64,000 bases of DNA from Macrostomum lignano (taxonomy: Eukaryota), in contig NIVC01000028.1 of assembly GCA_002269645.1 (NCBI GenBank), positions 248,001 through 312,000 on the forward strand, in the 5' to 3' direction. Below are positions 39,017-50,400 of the stretch, piece by piece. Within the stretch, counting starts at the first letter, position 1. Each line of letters opens with the position of its first letter. The position numbers and the translations under genes are program-made. The notes under the pieces were generated by a model, which was not told where the DNA came from, ran no database searches, and saw nothing but the letters and a program-made list of their open reading frames with translations.

Positions 39017-40294
39017 TTAACAAAAATACTGAGCGATGGATTTTTTCAATCCAAATGTCTATGGTACACATCAAAACTGTGGAATAATGGCCAAAATATT
39101 TTTTCATTGCGTCTGGGTAAAAGTATAATTACAATGACTGCTGCATCTGCATCTGCAACTCCCAAAATCGATTTGAGTGCCCTTCTTACTGAACCGGACC
39201 GGACCACGAACTACCGCAGCCCGCATGCACCCTGCCCTGCAACCCGCTTGATGAGCTCGCTGCCACCGTAGATGGACCTGACCACGAACCAGTTCTGGAT
39301 CCTCTTTTCAACTGTGTAAGCAAGGAGGCATATCAAACAAAAGTAAGGAGCCCTCAATAATAGCGATAGCGGCGGCAGTTGCTGCCACCTGTCCCTTCAG
39401 GTCTCAGTCTTCGGTGAAGCGAGGATCCCGTTGAAACGAAATAAGCAAGGTGGGCGGACACAGCACTTCGTGCAAATTTACGACTCCAACAACTAATCAC
39501 CACCGGGCTCAGTGGGACGACTAAGGATTGTGGTGTTAGTCTCAGAGCGACTCAATGGTCTTCTGGGTTTAGGATGATAACTGATTCAGAACAATGCTAT
39601 TGTCAGAAATTGAGGCAAATTACGAAACTCAGAGAGTTTGGAGACTTGAACAATTTGAAGATGTGACGGAAACACGGCTGAGGGGTCCGCACTTAAAGCC
39701 TTACTTAAATAACCACATTGCGCCAGAGCACACAAGATATCGCGTGATGCGGTATCTATTTTTAGCAATGACGTCAATGTTTGCCTAAAAGACGGCAAAG
39801 GTGCCGGGCAAGTGAGTTCATTCGTAAGCATGGACCAATCTGTGCAGTAGCGGTTTTTACTGCACTTTGGACTCCGAGAAAACAGAAGGGAAAAGGCGAG
39901 CTGCTAGTGAAGCCACCCAGTGAGGCCGCTGCACGCAGAACGAAGAGAACAGAAAAAGAAAGAAAGCAACAGCAAAAGAAAACGAACACAGGCCAAGCTG
40001 CTCAGTGGCTGCAAAACAGAACAAAGAGCGGATGGGGCAAGCAGGGAGGAGGCAGACAGAAAAGTGGAGCCGTGCCCAGCGGCAACGGAAGCTGCTGACT
40101 AGAGGGAGACACCTAACAGTTAATCTAGTGTCTTACTACACATTTAATATTCAAGTAAGGCCTAAACAGTAACTGATCATTGATGTATTTTCTAATGAAC
40201 TCATGTTTCTAATTCATCACTTGACTGCTTGAGTTGTTACAAGGAATGGGACATCAATTCTGACTAAGTGCAATCCGAGTGCAGGCAAACTTAC

Positions 40295-40694
40295 ACGGGT
40301 ACGAATTTCGCCAAGGGCCTCCACACATCTGGCTTGAGTTTCCGTTGCAAGTCATGTTGCAGTCGCTTTCTTTGGCAGATCCCAGCGAGCCGAAGTCCCA
40401 GCTGCAGAAACAGGCCTTTGCGTTCTGCAACCCGAAGTACGGGAAGCCGCCAATTGCGCAGAAGCTGCTGCAGAACTCCCGACTCGTGCTGCGGCTCAAC
40501 ACTCTTGGATCCGAAATGGAGATTTCGCCGACGCTGTTGATTCCCGATAAGCCTCTCATGTCCCTGGCGCTGTTGTCCTTGAAGCAGCCAATGTAGGAGA
40601 CCTGAATGACTCGAGCAGCGGTGACGCCAATGACGAGCAGGAGAGAGCAGCAGGCTGCTGCCAAGACTGCTGGGCGACTGCTAAGAGGAGACAT
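40295..40694 (-). CDS. Secreted WSC-domain protein, paralog 1 (exon 1 only; 5-aa internal deletion; PAN exon not found; may be a pseudogene)
   Basis: Signal peptide, YIGCFKD..RD, and the WSC Cys pattern C-x3-C...YFGLQ..CFC...C..C.G..CGG.WRNS. A phase-1 donor GTAAGT follows 40295 and a TATA box lies at about 40747-40752. Confidence 0.7.
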
Positions 40695-40854
40695 CTTCGT
40701 CTCTTCGTCTCTTAGTTTAGAGCTTCGAAATCTTTCGTCACTGCCTTTATATACTCCAGCCGTATAAGGCTTTTTGGGCGCGAATCAAACTTTTTATTGA
40801 CTTCCTTCATCTACTGCTGCTTTGAGTAGTGCCGACTGCGTGTCCAACTCTAAA

Positions 40855-41083
40855 CCACGGTGCGCTGAAAAATCGGAAAAAAACGTTGGCATGTTACCTG
40901 ACTCTGAACAAGCTATCTTCCGGAAGTTACGAAACCGGAGATCAAAGAGGAGCAAACTGTGGGTAAAAACACGGTGAGGGTTGGGATAAAGCAGCTCGCC
41001 CAGGTGTCTGATGAGGAGCAGATAGGCATGAGAATGCGTTAAATGAAGCTTTCACAACATAAAGGTATGGGTCCAAAACTAAC

Positions 41084-41116
<33 letters not shown>

Positions 41117-41203
41117 TACTAACTTTCGTAACTTCCGGAAGATTGCTTGTTCAGAGTCAGGTAACATGCCAACGTTTTTTTCCGATTTGTCAGCGCACCG
41201 TGG
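40855..41203. mobile_element. MITE with TIRs of about 80 bp (CCACGGTGCGCTGA...TCAGCGCACCGTGG)
   Basis: 40855-40934 is the near-perfect reverse complement of 41124-41203. No clear TSD; superfamily unassigned. Confidence 0.8.
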
Positions 41204-41701
41204 ATTCGTGTATTCGAGTGAATGACAGCTTTTCAGATCTGGCGCAAACAATCAACTAGAAGCAATCGCAAGTAGAACTTTGCTGGAAAATGTTTCGATT
41301 TATACAGTGCAAACAACAATGTCGCAGCTTATTAGCATATGCTACTCTATATGTAAATCAATGTTCTATTAAGTTACAGCTTTGACTGTTTTACTTGTAC
41401 AATAAATATCATTGACATGCACTGATGATATCTGCGAGCTAATTTAATTATCACCGCCAAATCGCAACATTTTAGGTGAGAATTCTCTCAGTGTGCATGG
41501 CATGACATCATTTAAAAGCGCATCGGTATTTTTTCTGAAATGACACATTCATATCAATAGGCACGCGGAATAGAAGCAGTATTTCGTACAATAACCAGGA
41601 TTCAAGAAAAGAATATTCTGTATTATTACAGTTAGCTAGATGCATCTGAAACTTTAAAACGGAAAATTCATTGCGCAGGTAGAAAATGCGCGGGCTTTAG
41701 T

Positions 41702-42549
<848 letters not shown>

Positions 42550-42979
42550 TTTTTGTCGTGTGCCCTTGCTTTCTCTGCTGAGCTGCTGCCCGCTGCCAGT
42601 TGCTCCAGTGATGCAGAAGTCGGACAAATAACTTGACCATCGCCCTTGGGCAGCGCTCACTGTGATTAGCGTGTGAATGCTAACAAGAACAACGGAAAAG
42701 AACTTCTCTTGCAGTTGTTGACTCATCCCACTTCAGATCGAACAGCTTTGCTGTCATGAAGGTGCGCTCCATCTGTCAGACTGCAGATATGCCTACCTTA
42801 TTGGGGATTATCGATCAGGCTTCCTGTTCCACCTTGCCAATTCTTCAGGTTCAAGAAGGGCGTCTCTTCCAAACCATCGCCTTTCGATGCCGGCTGACAC
42901 TCCTTGCACTTTTACGCGCGGATTTGAAGAGCGTGAAAAGCAGCCAGCCCTAATATAGGCGCGTTTATCGTTCTCAATG

Positions 42980-43095
42980 TTAATTGACTACTCGATTCTC
43001 ACGGTTAAACGGAAATAGATAAAATCGGGTGTCGTCAAGAGGGCACTTGTGGGCATAGTTAGGGCATCCGGATGCTGCGCACTGAAATCTTGATT
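42980..43095 (-). pseudogene. Degenerate THAP-like zinc-finger fragment
   Basis: Translation QCAASGCPN...RFYLFP..RENR resembles the THAP N-terminal C-x4-C and FxFP motifs. The frame stops before the W and CxxHF motifs. Confidence 0.35.
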
Positions 43096-43666
43096 TAATA
43101 GAGAAAAACTCAAGGTGAACTCGAATTGGCAGCCTTGATAAGCATATACTAAGTTTAATTACTAACAAAGCTTAAGTTTAATTCAGACAGGCAAGCTGCA
43201 CAAAGCACCTGCTCGCGCTGATGAGGGAGACGGCTTCTTAACCTACTGTAGCGATTTGCGTGTAAATAGCGCCCTTTCCAGCACTTAATCTCCTGATGTA
43301 TTGGTTGAGCCAGTCGCACACAATCACACTCTGTGAATGCCCTTTCCATCCAAAGGAACTTATGACGTCTGACGAACTGTCACTCAGTATTTTAGGCTGA
43401 AAATCGCGAAATGAAGCATACTATACACGTCAATTAGGCTTAACATACAGCTGTGAAGTTCTTACATTTCTAATCATCACCAAATTTATTTTCAATTTCT
43501 CTTTAATTTTTCTTTTTAATCTATTTAATCTACTTGATTGCAGCACAGTGAGCCACAATAAGTAAAGCCACAGATTTTAAGCTCGTATAGTTAAAAATAT
43601 GTTTAAAGCTTGTCTAAGAAAATCCGGTTTTGATAAGTGATGCCAATCGGTTATTCAGTAAGCGCT

Positions 43667-44560
43667 TCATCCACGCAGGAAGAAGTCTCCATCGGTGCTG
43701 CTCAGACTGGCAGGCGGGTAGGCGAACCTCAGCAGGTGGCACAGGCGCTGCTGGCCAGAGAAAATCACAGCCTGGCAGTCAGCAGAGGCCTCGCACGGGA
43801 TCAGGCAGTCCAGAGCTGTTTGGGCGGCGAGGCTCCAGGAGGTCGGCAGGGTCGACGAGACCGTGAGGCTGGGCATCGGCGACTGCTTGAAGCATCTCAA
43901 CTCTGGAATAAAATAAATGGTGACACCAGCATAGCTCGTACATGATACTTACGTCGATGCAAAACATCTACGATGCATGGGTTTGCAGTTGCATTGACAG
44001 TATAATTTATGACTGATTTTCTGAAAGCAGAGGCGATTTTAATGTTTGAGACAGTTTATTTTGTCAAATCTAATGTTAGATCATTTGAAAAGGAACATTA
44101 CATATTTGCTTACAGTCAACCTTTATGAACTCAAGAACACATCCATTAAACACTCACTGGGGTAGGTCAGAGCGAACACCGAGTTGCGCCAAACTCCTCC
44201 GCACACCTGACTCGAGTTTCCCGAGCAAGGCAAGTTGCAATCGGCTTTATTGGACTTTTCGAAACGGCCGTAGGACCTTCCGCAGAAGCACTCTTTCTTG
44301 TCCTGCACTCCAAAGTACGGGAAGCCCCCAAGAGAGCAGAAGCCACCGCAGAACTCGACAGTCATGTCCGACTTTTCTGTGCGCTTATTGTCAACGGCAA
44401 AAGCACCGATTCTGTCGATTCCCGTCAGCCCATTCAGGTCTCTGTCAGACTCGTCAACAAAGCAGCCAATGTAGGAAACTCGAAACACTCTGCCACGGAC
44501 CGCGCAGGTCCACAGGAGAGCAAAGTAGGCGATGAGCAAGAAAAAGCGCTTCTGGAGCAT
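43667..44560 (-). CDS. Secreted WSC + PAN/Apple protein, paralog 2 (212 aa)
   Basis: Exons 44560-44158 and 43902-43667 joined by a phase-1 GT-AG intron. Signal peptide MLQKRFFLL..., WSC domain, and a 4-Cys PAN-like domain (CLIPC..DCQAV..LCHL). TATAAAA at about 44606-44612. Confidence 0.85.
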
Positions 44561-45577
44561 TGCGCGTGACGGTTCTCGAGAAGGTAATTCGCGTTTTCCC
44601 TCTCTTTTTATACACTTAGCCTCCAATGCAATATGTAAACGATCCTCAAAGTTATAAAATAGAAGTGTGATGAATGCGCTAATACTATTAGTAGCCATAT
44701 TAGCATGCAGGATTTGTATCTCAGTACCGCATGGGTCTCTATAACTTAGTCAGCTAGCTCTGAATGGTGTTGGTTAGACCAACTCCGCTCTTCAGATAGG
44801 AGAGCGGAAAGGAGAGCGAAGAGGAGAGCGGAGATTGGAGAGGAGAGAAGAGAACTGAGAAGAGACACAAACCTCGAGCATATCGGATTGCCATTCTGAA
44901 GGTTCAAAGGACCCGAGTACCACATGTATCCCACGGGCCGGAGATTTCCCACCCCTGATATAGGGACATAGTTAGTTGTACCAGCGTGACATCAAGCATG
45001 GCAGTAGATAATCTGAGATGATTTTCATCGTCTCTATAAATCCAGGCTTGAACCGAACTGCGCCAATTCAAATAGAAAATAGTTGCCAAACTATTTTTTG
45101 GGAAAAACTTGGGAAAAACGAATCCCAAGTTTAGTTTTACTGAGTTTTTTGCTACTTGAAAAAGAATTATGGCCATAAAACTACTCCCTCCTGTCAATCA
45201 TTAATCGAAGCGTTTAAGCCGCGTTTAGGCCGCCCAATTTGCATCGCATCCTTGCACACACCCTTTCAGTTGTCAGGGCTTCACTAGACTCAATGATCAA
45301 TAAAGCTGAACAGCTGGCTTTTTTTCTGACTTTATGGTAACAGAAACAAAGGCTTTATTCTTGACTGGCAGCTTCTTAAACAGAATAAAATCTTAGCTGT
45401 AGTGTTTTATACCTTTCTTGGAATACAACATTTCCGATTCTTTTGATGTGGGAGAATTTGATTGAGTCTATAACTATTAAAATTCACAGCACTAGCAATT
45501 GTGCTCGAACAGCCACGAGAAAGTGTAGTTTTTCGGGGCAAACCAGCTTTACTAGTCAAAAAGATGACTGACATCTT

Positions 45578-45771
45578 GGGCCGTATGCAGAAAGCTTAGT
45601 CCAGACTAGCTAGTCCGGACTTGGGTAGTTCAGTCTATAGTCTATGGTCCAGCTACCCTAGTTCTGTCTAAAGTAGACCGGTCTAACTTTGCATTTCTGC
45701 ATACCAAATCCAAGTGCAGACTAGCTTTTCAAGACCGGACTACCCTAGACAGAGCTTTCTGCATACGGCTG
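45578..45771. mobile_element. Short MITE, possibly PIF/Harbinger-like
   Basis: 17-bp TIR GCCGTATGCAGAAAGCT (45580-45596 and 45753-45769). A possible 3-bp CTT flanks both sides. Confidence 0.65.
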
Positions 45772-46067
45772 CTTGTATGCGAGCCCACGCCAGTTGCGAC
45801 TTGCTCAAGCCATGACCCGCCTCTGCGCTTGAACTTTTGTCCTCAACCCTGCCCCACATGTGGCCCTTTCTTGGCGGTCAGTTTGGAGTTTAGTGGTCGC
45901 AAATTCTACAAACAGGTGTACAGGGATTCTTTTTTCTGGTGTCAAATGAGTAGTAGTAGTAATAGTAGTAAGTTGGCTCAGGCAAGAAGCCTGTTTGGCC
46001 AGTATATGTCAATGTCTTTAATAATAATTCAAGAGGAGAAAAAGATCTTCTAGTGCCAACCAAAAAC

Positions 46068-46200
46068 AAGAGGATAAAAAATTTCCTTCTGGAAGTTCCG
46101 CGATTTGCTTCCACGTTGCACGATTACAGTTCTAAGGCATACGATTACGAATACGTGAGACAGTTTGTCTAGCTTCCGCATCCATCGTCCATCGTATTTG
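46068..46200 (+). pseudogene. P-element/THAP9-type transposase remnant
   Basis: Translation RFASTLHDYSSKAYDYEYVRQFV*LPHPSSI matches the P-transposase motif FALTLHFYSPKAYEYVR..LPHPSTI. There is an in-frame stop at 46170. Confidence 0.55.
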
Positions 46201-46529
46201 AGAAAGATTTTCGTGGCGTTGATGCGTTTTATGTGAAAAATACGAAAAAAATGTCTCAATTGCTTGTGTCCAGTAGGAGCACAATGGAAAAGAGGCCTGC
46301 CCTGTACCACAAATCGATCGAGCTGGGGTGGGCGAGAGGGACCAGTTTCTTATGGGGCCACAGTTTTGGGCCATTTTTCTCACCTATTTTTTAACCCTCA
46401 ATATACGACAGAGCGCCTCAGCCCACAGTCACTGCAGAGTGAGTCACCAATATCTGAGCCTGGTCTGAGCTGAGACCCTTGCGCACATCCACACCGCAGT
46501 TCTTCACTCGGTCTCGGCAGCATTGCCTT

Positions 46530-46876
46530 GGCTGTGAGTGAGGCATTTGAGGCTTCATCTGGGAGTACGGGAGCGGCTGTGAGTGAGGCATTTGAGGCTT
46601 CATCTGGGAGTCCGGGAGCGGCTGTGAGTGAGGCATTTGAGGCTTCATCTGGGAGTACGGGAGCGGCTGTGAGTGAGGCGTTTGAGGCTTCATCTGGGAG
46701 TCCGGCAGCGGCTGTGAGTGAGGCATTTGAGGCTTCATCTGGCTGGGAGTACGGGAGCGGCTGTGAGTGAGGCATTTGAGGCTTCATCTGGCTGGGAGTA
46801 CGGGAGCGGCTGTGAGTGAGGCATTTGAGGCTTCATCTGGGAGTACGGGAGCGGCTGTGAGTGAGGCATTTGAGGC
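46530..46876. repeat. 45-bp minisatellite (GGCTGTGAGTGAGGCATTTGAGGCTTCATCTGGGAGTACGGGAGC)
   Basis: About 7.5 tandem units. Confidence 0.95.
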
Positions 46877-47259
46877 AAATGATGAATATTGGGGGCCGGA
46901 TAATTAGCAGTTGCCGACTGACCAGCTTGCATTCCTTTGAAATACGAGCGAAAAACTATTGCCGACAACAAACAAAAAATAATTACATGCGATATGGATT
47001 GTTTCCGATGTTTAAAACTTATGTAATTTAGTCCGGAGCTATCATACCATTGGGCCATGACAAGCCCTATTGGGCCAATTATAGCAATGATGGAAAACTA
47101 CCTCCACCTCAGAGCTCGTTGCTATGCAAACAACCCACGTGCATGTACATTTACGAGCGTTTGTCAGACTCATCTCTAATCTATAAATATAAGAAGAAAC
47201 ATTAAAGAAGCGACATTTACAAGGAGAAACTAACAAAGCAAAAACGCTTTAGTCACAAG

Positions 47260-48536
47260 ATGTACTTTCCATTTGCCGTTGTGTGCAGCCTATTGCTTCA
47301 ACTGGTTTCAGGTAGAGTTGTCCAGCTGGCCTACAAAGGCTGCTTCGTCGACACATCGGCGAGAGACCTGAGCGGCATGAGCAAAGTCAGTCGTATTGGG
47401 ACAGCGAACATGTGCCAATACGACTCGAAGTACCAGTTCTGCAGCTCTAGTATGTCCAGTGAGTTATGCGGTCGCCTCTGCTCTTGGGGCGGATTTTCTT
47501 ACTGCGGAGTTCAAAGCAGCCAAGAATGCTTCTGCGGCAATTCGTTTGGCGCTTTTGGAGCTGCTATGGAGGCGGACTGCAGTTCGGCGTGTAATGGAAA
47601 CCCGCTGCAGAGGTGCGGAGGCTACTGGCGAAACTCGGTCTTCGCTTTGACCTACCCAAGTTAGTGCGTAGAAAAAATTCAGATAAGTCCACAGGCTTTA
47701 CTTTACTTTAAACTGGCATCTATTTATGATTCTGCCTGCTCGTTCAAAGCAAAATTATAAGCTTTCGACGTCCGGTTTAGGCTTGTTGAAAAACCCTATG
47801 GTTTTTAGCGATAATCAGTTAGACACAGACGGGGCTGTGTGCACTCTGGTGCCCTTTAAGCGACATTGTCCCTACAACCGGCGAGAGGCATTACTGCCCA
47901 TTCCGCCGAATCCCCTGAGCAGCACACAAGTGCAAGGATACGTAATTCAATCATACGCACAGGCAAGCACTCACACAGGAGTGTACAGCGGCCTTGGGGG
48001 TTGGCCCTCCTCAAGGGTGTTGATTGCACAAGCAGAGATTCCTATTTAGCCCCCAAATTAATATGACTGCCACTTGGAATCAAGCCTGGACCGCTGGAAT
48101 TCAGATCACTAGGCTGCGCAGTCCCCCAACCTTATGGGCTTCCTGAAGGATTATTTTTATTTTTTAGATGGTCCTTTCTAGATATTCTTACGCTGGTTAT
48201 TGTGTTTGAATGAGTGGCTTTAAGACATTTTTCTAGAAATCGTCAATAAACCTTGGATCCCTAACTTTACCTCTTGAATTTTCTGTTTCAGAAAGCGACT
48301 ACTTTCTCCGTTCACCGATGCCCAATCAGACCGTTACCTCATCCGAGCAGACATTTCGGACTGTCGCTGCTCGAACTGAATCGCAATGTCTCATCGAGTG
48401 CAAGCAGAGGCCTGCTGACTGTCAGGCCGTAATCTACTCTGACCAGCAGCGCCTGTGCCACCTGTTGAGATTTATCTACCCACCTGCCAGCCTGGGCAAC
48501 GTCCATGGAGGCTATGCGTACTTTGCCCGCTGCTAA
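47260..48536 (+). CDS. Secreted WSC + PAN/Apple protein, paralog 3 (214 aa)
   Basis: Exons 47260-47659 and 48292-48536 joined by a phase-1 intron. Signal peptide, WSC domain, then PAN-like CLIEC..DCQAV..LCHL. TATAAA at 47182. Confidence 0.85.
47820..48120 (-). mobile_element. tRNA-derived SINE-like repeat in the intron of WSC paralog 3 (related copy at 53245-53460 in tetraspanin intron 1)
   Basis: The two copies share ACAACCGGCGAGAGGCATTACTGCCCATTCCGCC. The minus-strand heads have B-box-like GGCTTGATTCC and GATTCGATACC. Confidence 0.55.
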
Positions 48537-49204
48537 GTGAAAACATTTCTAGCGACTAATACGCTCGTTGTACTTTGGAAGCCTTCTCCTTGAATGTTTA
48601 CACCTTTAAACTTGCAGTATAAAGACAATGTACTTGAAGCAGAAACAACAAAGTGTCTAATTTCTCTTTTTATGTCCTTTTCTATTATATCTATCTTAGC
48701 AAGACAGCTAATTAAACATTACAGTATCTACTTTATGCTTATATTCTATCGTATATTATCAAGTGTGCATACATTAGTCAAACAACAAAGGATGCAAAAA
48801 CAATGTCCTGCAGTGCCTTAGGCATCCAAAGACTGAAATTAGTCCAAATAGTACTAGCTAGCACTTGAACTTGTTTACCGATTCTAACAAATAGATAAGT
48901 TTTATCGGCGTCATGCTGTCTGTTGTCCTTCGTCTTTAGTCAATAGGTCAATGACAGAGAAGTCTGAAGCAGGCTGCTTTTTGCATTCGTTATTGAGCAT
49001 ATAGAAGCATTCGATAGAAAATAAGCTCAAATCGCTAATGACATGGACAACCCAAGCAGATTGAAGGACTGCTTTTGCGAGTTGTGAGTTTTTTCAGTTT
49101 GTAAGAACCCAGTGTACAATATTTTGCCCATCTGGAATTTCCAGATTTCAAATCAAGCAAGTAGGTTGTTTTGTTCAAGGTTTAGTCACAAGTTTTTTCG
49201 AGAT

Positions 49205-49455
49205 AAGGTTAAAAAAGTGTTATTCTCGTCGTCAGACTCACGAATGAAAGGTAGGGGGGGGGGGAGGTTCGATTCTCGACCCACTAGGAACAATACAATC
49301 TGTGTCCTTGAGCAAGACACTTAACTCTGCATTGCTTCAGTTCACCCAGCTGTAAAATGGGTGCCAGCATTAGCTGGGTCAATTGAGGATGTGGGGCGAC
49401 CCCCCACTCCTTGGACTGAACAACCGTACGCAGCCTTCAGATGCGCCGCGCAATA
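49205..49455 (+). mobile_element. CORE-SINE (MIR-type core domain)
   Basis: B-box GGTTCGATTC at 49266, followed by TGTGTCCTTGAGCAAGACACTTAAC...CAGTT...CTGTAAAATGGG (49301-49361), which matches the MIR/CORE consensus as recalled. Confidence 0.7.
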
Positions 49456-49574
49456 GCTGCGGCTGAGCTGTCGGTTGCACATCTGCTTATAAGCTGGCAG
49501 CAGGTGTAATTTATTATGTATTGTTGGGAGAGTATCCACACAACATATTTGCCATTTTTTATCATTAGCCCGAA

Positions 49575-49825
49575 GTATCACAAACCCGAAATGTCCAAAA
49601 CTTCTAGTAACGCCCATCATAAACCAGAACTCTAATACCCGAAATGTCATAACCCGAAATATCATAACTCCGAAAATACTAGCAATGTCCAGTGCTATTT
49701 TGGCTTTCGGAGTTAGGATATTTCATGCTTATGATATTTCGGGCTTATGATATTTCGGGCTTATGATATTTCGGGTTTGTGATATTTCGTGTTTATGATT
49801 TTTCGGGTTCATGATGGCGACCCCA
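49575..49825. mobile_element. Foldback/MITE-like element with inverted arms of 16-bp repeats
   Basis: CCCGAAATATCATAA-type units on the left and TTATGATATTTCGGG units on the right. Confidence 0.55.
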
Positions 49826-49849
49826 TCCCACTCTCGCATCTTCCCCTAC

Positions 49850-50010
49850 CGCCTCTTCCTCTCCCGCCTCTCCCTCTCCCGCCTCTCCCTCTCCCGCCTC
49901 TCCCTCTCCCACCTCTCCCTCTCCCGCCTCTCCCTCTCCCGCCTCTCCCTCTCCCGCCTCTCCCTCTCCCGCCTCTCCCTCTCCTGCCTCTCTCTCCTGC
50001 GTCTCCCTTA
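49850..50010. repeat. 15-bp pyrimidine-rich minisatellite (CTCTCCCTCTCCCGC)
   Basis: Read directly from the sequence. Confidence 0.95.
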
Positions 50011-50400
50011 TTAACATTTAGTTACTGACAGCCTGACAACTCCCACAGTCATGCTCTAGGGTCTGTATCTATTTTCAACCTATTAATATGGTTATTAAAA
50101 GAAAATCAAGACGTGCAATGCAATTCTATCAAAGTCTGCCAAGTATAAAAAATAATATAAGAAGCATTGCTTTTTCAAAGAGACTCTTGGGGTTGTCATG
50201 TAGTTTATAGTTTCCAATACAGTGAATTCTAAATAAGTAACTAAGGCCTACGTGTTGCACATGTTAGTGACTCTGCAGCACTGTAAAATACACTGTTGAA
50301 ATTTCTATTGTTGCATATAATGAAAATAAAACGTCTGCATTTTTAGTTTACTCTGGTTCAAAAAATCACTAAATAGAAAATCTTGTTCTTCAGGGTGCAG

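Noticed and set aside
46398-47058. ORFs with PDEASNASLTAAP or MKPQMPHSQP repeats next to paralog 3
   Set aside because: A 45-bp minisatellite upstream of the gene's TATA box, with no supporting splice sites.
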